This document shows positions 27,700-35,792 of a stretch of 50,543 nucleotides of DNA, one piece after another. The position numbers and the translations under genes were made by a program. The stretch is from Chthonomonadales bacterium. Its GTDB lineage: Bacteria > Armatimonadota > Chthonomonadetes > Chthonomonadales > CAJBBX01. The stretch spans positions 1 through 50,543 of the forward strand of contig JBBIQU010000006.1 in assembly GCA_037442185.1 (NCBI GenBank). Direction: 5' to 3'. The notes under the pieces are model-generated. The model ran no database searches and was not told the DNA's origin. It saw nothing but the letters and a program-made list of their open reading frames with translations. How positions within the stretch are numbered: the first letter of the stretch is position 1; each line of letters begins with the position of its first letter.

Positions 27700-28620
27700 T
27701 TGGACGCGCCCAAGATCGCCATCTACTCGACTCCTCTGGTCTCAACGTGGGTCCTCGACGACACGCGCAGAATCCTGTTTGATGCCGGTGATGGCGTGTC
27801 GGCAATGCTTGATGCAAGAGTGCATCGGATACGCTCGGTTGCGATCACACACGCACACCGCGACCACTGTTCGGGACTGCTCCAGCTGCTCAATCTCACA
27901 GGCGACACCGGTCAGATGTCGGTCATGTATCCGGAGAACAGTGGTGCGCTTCGCGCATTGACGGGCTTCCTGGCAAACTTCGACGCGCGCAGCACGGGCA
28001 AGGTCAAATGGCTCCCGGTGGGTCCCGGCACGGAGACGCCGATCGAGCCGGCGCGCCATGTTATCCGAGCCTTCGCCACCGATCATTATCTGCGGCAGGA
28101 TGCGTCGCGTCAGCTAAGCCTTGGTTATCAGATCGTTCGGACGGTGGACAAGCTGAAGCCCGAGTTTGCCGGGCTTTCCAGAGAAGAACTGGACGCGGTC
28201 AGGCTGAAGCACGGCAGGCAGTTCATCACGCACACTGTCGAGGACATATTGCTGAGCGTAACCGGCGACACGATGCCCCTTGATCCAGCGATCTTTGCGG
28301 GGTCCAGGGCGCTGCTGCACGAGTGTACGTTCCTCGACATTGAGGAATCGCGCGACATGGCCAAACGAGGCCACCCGCACTCGGCCCTCGACGACGTTCT
28401 GCGCATCGCTGCGGACGCCAATGTTGAGTATCTCGGGCTGTATCACATATCGAGACGCTACGAAGACGGAGCCATTCTGCAGGCAGTCCGCGAGTGCGCA
28501 GCCGGCGCCCGACTGAGGTGCGCAGTGAGCGTTGCGCTTCCGGGTCGGTTCTACGACGATCTGTTCGCGGTTCGCGTGTGGGATGGCGACAAACATCACG
28601 ACACAGGCTGTGATGAGTGA
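27700..28620 (+). CDS. MBL-fold metallo-hydrolase (RNase Z-like/nuclease-like, specificity unknown)
   Basis: HxHxDH motif in AITHAHRDHCSGL, with later His/Asp ligands (LLHECTF, GLYHIS). I prefer the TTG start at 27700, directly after the recO stop and preceded by GGGGGAAG. The ORF-track start at 27637 is the alternative. Confidence 0.75.
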   Translation: MDAPKIAIYSTPLVSTWVLDDTRRILFDAGDGVSAMLDARVHRIRSVAITHAHRDHCSGLLQLLNLTGDTGQMSVMYPENSGALRALTGFLANFDARSTGKVKWLPVGPGTETPIEPARHVIRAFATDHYLRQDASRQLSLGYQIVRTVDKLKPEFAGLSREELDAVRLKHGRQFITHTVEDILLSVTGDTMPLDPAIFAGSRALLHECTFLDIEESRDMAKRGHPHSALDDVLRIAADANVEYLGLYHISRRYEDGAILQAVRECAAGARLRCAVSVALPGRFYDDLFAVRVWDGDKHHDTGCDE

Positions 28621-29225
28621 TGACGGAGATCCTCCCGGCGTCCTTTTTCGAACGTCATACGGTCGAGGTGGCCGCGGCCTTGATAGGATGTCTGCTGGTC
28701 AGCCGGATCGGGAACGTGGTCACGGGCGGGCGGATCGTTGAGACCGAGGCCTACGGGGAGGACGACCCGGCCAGCCATGCCTATCGAGGTCCGACAGCCC
28801 GGAACAGGGCCATGTTCGGTCCTCCGGGGCATGCTTATGTGTATCGGAGCTACGGCGTTCACTGGTGTCTCAACGCCGTCACGGGACCGGACGGCACGGG
28901 CGAGGCTGTCCTTATCAGAGCGATCGAGCCGCTCATGGGCGTTGACGACATGGTTGCCCGGCGGGGACGCCATGACATCCGGAAGCTCTGTGCTGGACCC
29001 GGCAACCTGTGCGCAGCCCTCGGTATCACCGGGTCGCTCAACGGCGTTCCCCTCGACGGCGTCCTGCTGGGCATCTACGAGCCGGCCGGGCCTGTGGGCG
29101 AAGTGGTATCCTCTCGACGAATAGGGATTTCGGTAGCGGAGGAGAGGCTCTGGCGCTTCACGGAATCGGGATCGCGCTTCCTGTCGCGTCCGAGCCGTCC
29201 AGGAGACGTGGCCGTTGAGCGCTAA
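28617..29225 (+). CDS. mpg: DNA-3-methyladenine glycosylase (Mpg/AAG family)
   Basis: IVETEAYGEDDPASHAYRGPTARNRAMFGPPGHAYVYRSYGVHWCLN is the AAG/Mpg family signature. The GTGA start overlaps the upstream stop. Confidence 0.9.
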   Translation: MMTEILPASFFERHTVEVAAALIGCLLVSRIGNVVTGGRIVETEAYGEDDPASHAYRGPTARNRAMFGPPGHAYVYRSYGVHWCLNAVTGPDGTGEAVLIRAIEPLMGVDDMVARRGRHDIRKLCAGPGNLCAALGITGSLNGVPLDGVLLGIYEPAGPVGEVVSSRRIGISVAEERLWRFTESGSRFLSRPSRPGDVAVER

Positions 29226-30054
29226 CCCGTTGGCTATGGTTGTTGGCATCTGCCTGTCGGCCGGTGTGTGCGTTCCGGCCTGGCGCATGCGCGCACTTTC
29301 CTCATCGGGCGCCATCGCGGCATTTGTGGTCGGCTCCCTTATCATGGGGCTCGGAGGAGTCGCATTCGCCATACCGCTCGTTGTGTTCTTCGTAACATCG
29401 AGCCTGTGGTCTCGGTGGCGCACGCGCGGCAGGCATGGCAACCGTAGCAAGGGGCGTGATGCTTCGCAGGTCATCGGAAACGGCGGAGTGGCCACGATGA
29501 TCGTGCTGGCGGCGCTTGCCACTCCCGAGGATGCGCGTCCGACAACCCGTGATTGGTATCTGCTCTACCTTGCGGCTCTCGCGTTCGCCAACGCCGACAC
29601 ATGGGCGACGGAGATAGGCTCGAAGCTGAGCGGATCGGCGCGGATGATCACCGATTGGCGCCGCGTCACCTCCGGCACGAGCGGCGCGATCAGTTTGATT
29701 GGGTCGCTCGCAGGGCTCGCGGGCGCATGTGTGATCGCTGCTTCAGCCTACGCAGTGTGGCCTGCTGCGCGAGACATGCTGCTCTGGCGCATTGACGCGG
29801 CCGAGGGACTTGCAGTGGTGTGGGCCGGCTTCATGGGGGCCCTGGTTGATAGCTTTCTCGGCGCGACGGTTCAGGCGCAGTATCGGTGCAACAGATGCGA
29901 GAGGATCGTCGAGGAGGTCCGACATTGCGGTGCGGCGACTGCCAGATTGCGCGGCGTTAGGTGGTTCGGGAATGGAGCGGTGAACTTCGCCGGTTCGCTG
30001 GCTGCGGCTGCTTGCGCGTGGTACTTGCTGCGGGCTTTCGCGTGGCCGATCTGA
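29215..30054 (+). CDS. DUF92/COG1836 integral membrane protein (TMEM19 / plant VTE6 phytyl-phosphate kinase family)
   Basis: Multi-TM protein with GNGGVATMIVLA and FANADTWATEIGS motifs typical of DUF92. The family assignment is from memory. Confidence 0.75.
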   Translation: MSANPLAMVVGICLSAGVCVPAWRMRALSSSGAIAAFVVGSLIMGLGGVAFAIPLVVFFVTSSLWSRWRTRGRHGNRSKGRDASQVIGNGGVATMIVLAALATPEDARPTTRDWYLLYLAALAFANADTWATEIGSKLSGSARMITDWRRVTSGTSGAISLIGSLAGLAGACVIAASAYAVWPAARDMLLWRIDAAEGLAVVWAGFMGALVDSFLGATVQAQYRCNRCERIVEEVRHCGAATARLRGVRWFGNGAVNFAGSLAAAACAWYLLRAFAWPI

Positions 30055-30064
30055 AACGGCCTGA

Positions 30065-30128
30065 ATGCAGGCGGGACGCCTGCGCTACGGGCGAGGAGGT
30101 TGATGCAGGCGGGAAGCCTGCGCTACGG
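30065..30128. repeat. tandem pair of 26-nt hairpin-forming repeats (REP-like intergenic element)
   Basis: ATGCAGGCGGGACGCCTGCGCTACGG (30065-30090) and ATGCAGGCGGGAAGCCTGCGCTACGG (30103-30128) differ at 1 position and are 38 nt apart. Each contains a GCAGGC(G)...(C)GCCTGC stem. No T-tract follows either copy. Confidence 0.7.
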
Positions 30129-30130
30129 TT

Positions 30131-30955
30131 GTGGGGATAGAGTTGACGCAGAGCGATGAAGTGTCCCAGTTTCGGGAGGTCGCGCCGTGGTACGACATCC
30201 TGATGGCGGACGTGCCGTACGACATGTGGCTGCGCTATGTGCTGTCGTTGTATGAGCTGCATCGGCCTCACTTGCAGGCGGCAAGGCATTCCTCGGCGAA
30301 GGGGCCGCTACGCGTGCTCGATCTGGCTTGCGGCACAGGAGCGATGGCGCTTCGGTTCGCGAAGATGGGATGTTCCGTTGTCGGCGTTGACTTATCGGAG
30401 GATATGATCCGAGTTGCCCGGCAACGCGCGAGGGAGATGGCTCTCGACATGGAGTTCATCGCCGAGGATGCCGCAACGATGCGGCTGCCTGCGCGCCGGT
30501 TCGATCTGTGCGTTTCACTGTTCGACAGCCTCAACTACATTATCGAGCCAGAACGGCTGCAGGCGGCAATGTGTCGAGTGGCCGATGCCCTTGACGACGA
30601 TGGCGTGTTCGTGTTCGATATGAACACGCCGTATGCGTTGCGAGAGCGCCTCTTCGATCAGGAGGACCAGCGGGCATCGTCGGCCATCCGCTATCGCTGG
30701 CGAAGCAGCTTCGATGAGGCCACCAGGTTGTGCACAATACGGATGGAGTTCAATACGGCCCCAAAAGGGAGCGCTGATAATCCGTTTGTGGAGATCCATA
30801 GACAGAGAGCGTACGATGCGACCGAGATCGAGGCCATGCTGCGGGCGGCCGGTTTCGCCGAGGTAGCGTCATACCACGCCTACACCTATGACCCGTGCAG
30901 TGAAGCCGCCGATCGCGCATACTACGTTGCGGTAAAGGAGCGCCAATCCGCGTGA
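30131..30955 (+). CDS. class I SAM-dependent methyltransferase
   Basis: Motif I VLDLACGTGAMALRFAKMGCSVVGVDLSEDM and the N-terminal FREVAPWYD. The start is either GTG 30131 or TTG 30143. Confidence 0.85.
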   Translation: MGIELTQSDEVSQFREVAPWYDILMADVPYDMWLRYVLSLYELHRPHLQAARHSSAKGPLRVLDLACGTGAMALRFAKMGCSVVGVDLSEDMIRVARQRAREMALDMEFIAEDAATMRLPARRFDLCVSLFDSLNYIIEPERLQAAMCRVADALDDDGVFVFDMNTPYALRERLFDQEDQRASSAIRYRWRSSFDEATRLCTIRMEFNTAPKGSADNPFVEIHRQRAYDATEIEAMLRAAGFAEVASYHAYTYDPCSEAADRAYYVAVKERQSA

Positions 30956-31617
30956 GAATAGCCATAGACGGTCCGGCCGGGGCAGGCAAGAGCACCGTCG
31001 CCCGGGCACTGGCCCGCCGCCTCGGGATCACCTACGTGGACACAGGCGCCATGTACCGGGCCGCGGCACTTGCGTGCATCAGAGCGGGTATCGCCGTCGA
31101 AGACGCTGCGCGCATCGCCGAACTGATCAGGACGTTGCACATTGATCTTCGCACACGATCCGATGGCGCAGCCATCGTCCTGCTCAACGGCGAAGACGTA
31201 TCCGATGCCATCAGGACTCCCGATGTGACGCGCTATGCCAGTCCGCTATCGGCCAACACAGCGGTACGCCGAGCGCTCGTCGCCCAGCAGAAGGCCATGT
31301 GCCGTGGCCGTGATGTCGTGATGGAGGGGCGAGACATTGGCACCGTGGTGCTACTCGATGCTGATGTGAAGGTGTTTCTCACCGCCTCTGCCGCAGTGCG
31401 CGCTGCACGACGCGCTCACGATCTTGCGGCGGCAGGGCATGCAACGGACGTAGCGGCTGTTCAAGCGGAGATCGAGGAGCGAGACCGGCGCGACTCGACG
31501 CGCGCCGATTCGCCCCTGCGCAAGGCCGATGATGCCACCGAGATTGTGTCTGACCATCTTACGGTTGACGAAGTCGTGAACACGATCGTTCGGATGGCTC
31601 AGGGCGCGCCGGTATGA
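30952..31617 (+). CDS. cmk: cytidylate kinase
   Basis: IAIDGPAGAGKSTVARALARRLG, YVDTGAMYRA and EGRDIGTVV motifs. Confidence 0.95.
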   Translation: MRIAIDGPAGAGKSTVARALARRLGITYVDTGAMYRAAALACIRAGIAVEDAARIAELIRTLHIDLRTRSDGAAIVLLNGEDVSDAIRTPDVTRYASPLSANTAVRRALVAQQKAMCRGRDVVMEGRDIGTVVLLDADVKVFLTASAAVRAARRAHDLAAAGHATDVAAVQAEIEERDRRDSTRADSPLRKADDATEIVSDHLTVDEVVNTIVRMAQGAPV

Positions 31618-32255
31618 CGCTGCTGTATCGGGCGGCCCGGGACATCGTTCGCGTGGCGTTCAAGATCGTCGGACGCACGACCGTGGTGGGGTATGAGAAC
31701 ATCCCGCCGACCGGCGGCGTGATCGTTGCGTGCAACCACGTAAGTTACCTCGATCCGCCTCTGGTTGGATCCACAATCCTCCGCGAATGCGCCTTCATGG
31801 CCCGCCACGATCTCTGGAATCGTCCGATGATGGGCAAGTTGATCAGTCGGCTCAACGCATTCCCGGTGAGGCGAGACACGGCAGATCGTGGCGCGATCAA
31901 GGAGGCAATCGGCATACTCGAGCGGGGGCTTGTGTTGGTGTTGTTCCCGGAGGGCACGAGGAGTCCGGATGGCCTTCTGCAACAGCCTCAACCGGGGCTG
32001 GCGCTGATCGTGCAGAAGTCCGGCGTTCCTGTGATACCGGCCGCTGTCATCGGCCCCGAGCGAATGCTGCCGGCAGGCAGCAACCGGCTGCGCATGACCC
32101 GCCTGGTCGTCGCATTCGGCCCGCCGGCGACATTCGGACCCGGCGCCACGCGCGACGAAGTACTGGACACCGTCATGGATCGCATTGCTGATCTGTTAAG
32201 AGTGCATCGCCCGCACATGGGCACAGGACGCGAGAGCCGTTCGTCCGTTGGGTGA
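31614..32255 (+). CDS. plsC: 1-acyl-sn-glycerol-3-phosphate acyltransferase
   Basis: HxxxxD block NHVSYLDP and FPEGTRS block. The ATGA start overlaps the cmk stop. Confidence 0.9.
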   Translation: MTLLYRAARDIVRVAFKIVGRTTVVGYENIPPTGGVIVACNHVSYLDPPLVGSTILRECAFMARHDLWNRPMMGKLISRLNAFPVRRDTADRGAIKEAIGILERGLVLVLFPEGTRSPDGLLQQPQPGLALIVQKSGVPVIPAAVIGPERMLPAGSNRLRMTRLVVAFGPPATFGPGATRDEVLDTVMDRIADLLRVHRPHMGTGRESRSSVG

Positions 32256-32703
32256 CGCCTGCGCGGTCAAGGCACTCCAACAGCGGAATCGCGTATTTCC
32301 GCGTCGTTCCGATCAGGTCCCGAAACCGAGCGGGCGTCAATGAGCCGGTCTCCCGTATCTCGCGAACGGCGACTTGCCGAGCTTGCTCGACGGCATTGGC
32401 ATGGAAGGCCAGGGTCTTCCCTGCAGCAACCAGCGTGCCCATCTGCTGGCCGAGATCAAGCATGGCATGAATGGCGGCGAGGGGGACCTCGAGCGCCCGA
32501 GCGGCCTCTAACGCTGTCGGCGGCCCGAATAAAGCCTCGCGGTAGAGCGCCTCAACACGCTGCAGCAACGCCTTCTGCTGCGTGCTGAGGCGGCCAAATG
32601 ACGGAGGCATGACCCGATCATCCCGTCTGTCGGGGCTCTGATTACCTTCAGACTTCACGGATTGCACCATTCGACGTTGCGCGTCCTTTCGCGACGATTT
32701 CAC
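32173..32703 (-). CDS. stand-alone SelB C-terminal winged-helix domain protein (no GTPase domain)
   Basis: GSLTPARFRDLIGTTRKYAIPLLECLDRAGVTQR matches the last winged helix of selenocysteine elongation factor SelB. The preceding FGPPTALEAARALEVPLAAIHAMLDLGQQMGTLV resembles the previous wing. The GTG start has GAGG upstream. The 3' end overlaps plsC by 83 nt. Confidence 0.7.
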   Translation of the reverse strand: MKSSRKDAQRRMVQSVKSEGNQSPDRRDDRVMPPSFGRLSTQQKALLQRVEALYREALFGPPTALEAARALEVPLAAIHAMLDLGQQMGTLVAAGKTLAFHANAVEQARQVAVREIRETGSLTPARFRDLIGTTRKYAIPLLECLDRAGVTQRTNGSRVLCPCAGDALLTDQQCDP

Positions 32704-32752
32704 TTGAGCGCCTCGCGCGCGTCATTGGCCTCTGCAGTCATCAGTGGGGCTA

Positions 32753-33754
32753 TCAGCCACAGGACTGCGCGTTGACGGAAAGGGACTCCAGGAAGTCGTC
32801 CAACTCACGCGAGGTGGGCAGTGACGGCTGCGCACCCAGGCGCGTGACGGAAAGAGCGGCCGCAGCCGAGGCGTATCGGCACGCTTCACCGAGGGCGGCC
32901 AGACTCAGGGGAGAATCGGCACCCGATGCTGTTGGCCGCGATAGCCTGCCGGTCCGCGCCAGCACCACGGATAGGGCCGCCGTGAAGCAGTCTCCGGCCG
33001 CGGTGGCGTCCACGGCATCCACTGCTATCGGCTCGATGAGCATGGAGGCACCGGGCACGGCCGCCAGAGCGCCACGATGTCCAAGCGTCACGACGGCGCT
33101 GAGCGCACCCATCTCGATCAAGCGTAGGGCCGCCGTGCGAGCCGCATCGTAGTCACTGACGGCTACGCCGGTCAGCGCTGCGGCTTCGCTCTCGTTTGGG
33201 GTGACACAGGTCACGCCCTCGAGCGCGCCTGGCGGCAGCGTCGTGGCCGGGGCAGGGTTCAGAATGACGGGAATACCTCTCGCTCGGGCAACGGCAATCG
33301 CGTGTACCACGGTGCCCACCGGTATCTCGCATTGGAGAACAACGAAGGAAGCTTCCCGGCATGTCTCCAGCACGCGCTCTACGTACTCAGGCATCACGCC
33401 CATGTTGGCCCCGGGCGCAACGGCAATGGCGTTTTGCCCGGACGAGTCAACCGCGATCAAGGCGACCCCCGAGTGCCGTGACGGATCCGCCATGAGTCCG
33501 TCAACATTGATGCCTTCCGCTTCAAGCGCCGCTCGTGTTTGCACACCGAACATGTCGTCGCCAACGCACCCAACGAAGCGTACCCGCGCGCCAAGACGGG
33601 CGGCGGCCACGGCCTGATTCGCCCCTTTGCCGCCCGGGACCATGACAAAGTCGTCGCCCAGCAGCGTCTCGCCCGGCGCCGGAATGGACGGTACCTTGAC
33701 CACCATATCGGTGTTCGCGCTGCCGATGACGATAATGTCCGCAGAAGCCCCCAT
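32753..33754 (-). CDS. rbsK: ribokinase (PfkB family)
   Basis: IIVIGSANTDMVVKV, PGGKGANQAVAAARLG and VDATAAGDCF motifs. The ATG at 33754 is preceded by GGGGAGG. The ORF-track extension to 33808 overlaps the upstream gene. Confidence 0.9.
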   Translation of the reverse strand: MGASADIIVIGSANTDMVVKVPSIPAPGETLLGDDFVMVPGGKGANQAVAAARLGARVRFVGCVGDDMFGVQTRAALEAEGINVDGLMADPSRHSGVALIAVDSSGQNAIAVAPGANMGVMPEYVERVLETCREASFVVLQCEIPVGTVVHAIAVARARGIPVILNPAPATTLPPGALEGVTCVTPNESEAAALTGVAVSDYDAARTAALRLIEMGALSAVVTLGHRGALAAVPGASMLIEPIAVDAVDATAAGDCFTAALSVVLARTGRLSRPTASGADSPLSLAALGEACRYASAAAALSVTRLGAQPSLPTSRELDDFLESLSVNAQSCG

Positions 33755-33770
33755 CGTGGCAACCTCCCCT

Positions 33771-35792
33771 TCACTGCCAGAACTGATACGTTGGTACGCC
33801 AAACACAATGCCGTAGATGTTCCACAGGCTGCCTATCACGAACTGACCCAGAATCAGGCCCAAGAAGAACGGCACCGACCGTTGGAAGCCCGCCCTGCCC
33901 GAGTAGCGTAGGATCACGACCTTGAGCAACCAGGCGATCAGCAACGGCATCCAGACAAGATTGATCTCCCAGCTAGCCGTGACGGCATAGCCGAGGGGAT
34001 GGAACGGCCACCACGTGAAGCGGACCCGCATGAACTGAAGGAAAAGCGCGATGATCAGGCCGACACCGATGGCGATGGCTGCCGGAACGCTGTCCAACTG
34101 CGGGCTCTTGAGCCAGCCTTCGAGCCTCGTGTATGCCTCGGGACCGAAACTGATGGTGGACTTGGCACGGGCCCCATAGTCGTACATAAGGTGCAGCATT
34201 GCCCAGAAGGCGATCACGGACGCTATGACACCGAAGACGGCGAGGCCCCAGAACCACCTCTTGTAGTCGGACCGAGCCTGTTCTGCGAGTTTGAACGACT
34301 CGAGTTGATGAGGCATCGGGTGAGAGCGATAGGCTCGGTTGAACCACCAGAACAGGGCGAAAACCGTCAGCTGGCCCGGTGAGTACACGCGTTGACCGAA
34401 AACCTCGGTCAGAATGGAATCCGGACCAGTGAAGTGGAGATCGTGCACAGGGGTCCCCATCTCGGCCCTCATTCGCGTGATGGCCACCGCGAGCGCGAAG
34501 TAGATGGCGAATACGGCGATGGGCAGCCAGGGCCCCATGCCCATGGCGCTGGTCATCCATACCAGCGCGCCCATTCCCACGAGGATGCCGATCAACGCAA
34601 AGCGGTACGATACGGGTTCGTCGCTGTCATCCAGGGTTGACGGGCGACCGAGCGCCCGACGAAGCACCTGTCCGAGATAGCCCCTACTGAGCCACAACGA
34701 GGTGACACAGAAGGCCATATAGGCTCCGAAGGCCTGATTGTACGTATAGGGAAAGCGCGGATCCTGGTCCCACGCCATGGCCGATGCCGCCACTAGCTGC
34801 ATCTTCCAGAAGATGTAGAAGAACCATGCGGAGAACAGGAAGTCCACGGGCATCAGCATACCGAGGCCGATGATCAGGGGATAGAACGACAGCGGCGTCC
34901 ATCCGATGGCGTTCCACGGCTTCTGCGTTACCCACTGAGCCAGATCGTGGAAGCTCTGGCCGCGTCCGGGTGTAAACACGGTGGGTATGCCCGGATAGTA
35001 GACATTCAGGCTGTTGATAGTGTCAATCGTGGCCGCGAGCGCAAATCCGAACCAGAGGAGCCGATTGCGGAACAGACCGGTTCGGGGAGCGAACGAGTTC
35101 TCGCTGGTGATCTGGAGGGGCAGCTGGATGATTGGATAGCTAAGGCGCTCACTCTCGGTCCATTGACGCCGGAGTATGGCGTTCAGGCAGAGCATGACGA
35201 ATAGCAGGGCGCCTACGAACAGGGTCCAGAAGCCGACGACAGGCGCCCAAGCGCGGATGTAGCGCCATCGGTAAAGGGTGTCGTTGCCGAGATAGTAGCC
35301 CTTGATTACGTCTTTGTCGGTCATCATGGCGAACGACGGAAGGTGCTTGTCAATGAACAGCGCCTCCCATCCGTTCGCGGCGTCGGCATATTGGTAGGGC
35401 CACGAGAGCGTGGGAACGAGGACCTGGTACATGTCGTGGCCGCACAGACATGATCCGATGGCCAGTACCGAGTAGGTGAAGAGCAGTTCGGCTCGATTCA
35501 TGGCCAAACGCGGCAACCGCGCAGCCACTACTCGGTTCAGCAGGGTCAGCACAAGCAGTATGAAAACGATGTTGAAGAACAGAGAAATGGTCGTCGGGTG
35601 GGCAGAGTAGCGAACGACCTCCATCTGCACTACCCAGTACGCATTGATGGGGAGCAGAATGAGGCACGCCAGTACGGACTTAACGCTCACTGCGCGAACC
35701 CGCTCCGGCTGGCGGACTTGCGTGAAGCCGTCCGGTTGGGAACCAGCGGTCCCTGTCTTCCCCTTGATCCCGCCGCCGGGCGTCTCTCTCAT
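33771..35792 (-). CDS. large polytopic membrane protein, function unknown
   Basis: 673-aa ORF with many hydrophobic, aromatic-rich segments (W/F/Y-rich loops). I could not name a catalytic motif. The ATGA start overlaps the polyprenyl synthase stop. Confidence 0.75.
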   Translation of the reverse strand: MRETPGGGIKGKTGTAGSQPDGFTQVRQPERVRAVSVKSVLACLILLPINAYWVVQMEVVRYSAHPTTISLFFNIVFILLVLTLLNRVVAARLPRLAMNRAELLFTYSVLAIGSCLCGHDMYQVLVPTLSWPYQYADAANGWEALFIDKHLPSFAMMTDKDVIKGYYLGNDTLYRWRYIRAWAPVVGFWTLFVGALLFVMLCLNAILRRQWTESERLSYPIIQLPLQITSENSFAPRTGLFRNRLLWFGFALAATIDTINSLNVYYPGIPTVFTPGRGQSFHDLAQWVTQKPWNAIGWTPLSFYPLIIGLGMLMPVDFLFSAWFFYIFWKMQLVAASAMAWDQDPRFPYTYNQAFGAYMAFCVTSLWLSRGYLGQVLRRALGRPSTLDDSDEPVSYRFALIGILVGMGALVWMTSAMGMGPWLPIAVFAIYFALAVAITRMRAEMGTPVHDLHFTGPDSILTEVFGQRVYSPGQLTVFALFWWFNRAYRSHPMPHQLESFKLAEQARSDYKRWFWGLAVFGVIASVIAFWAMLHLMYDYGARAKSTISFGPEAYTRLEGWLKSPQLDSVPAAIAIGVGLIIALFLQFMRVRFTWWPFHPLGYAVTASWEINLVWMPLLIAWLLKVVILRYSGRAGFQRSVPFFLGLILGQFVIGSLWNIYGIVFGVPTYQFWQ

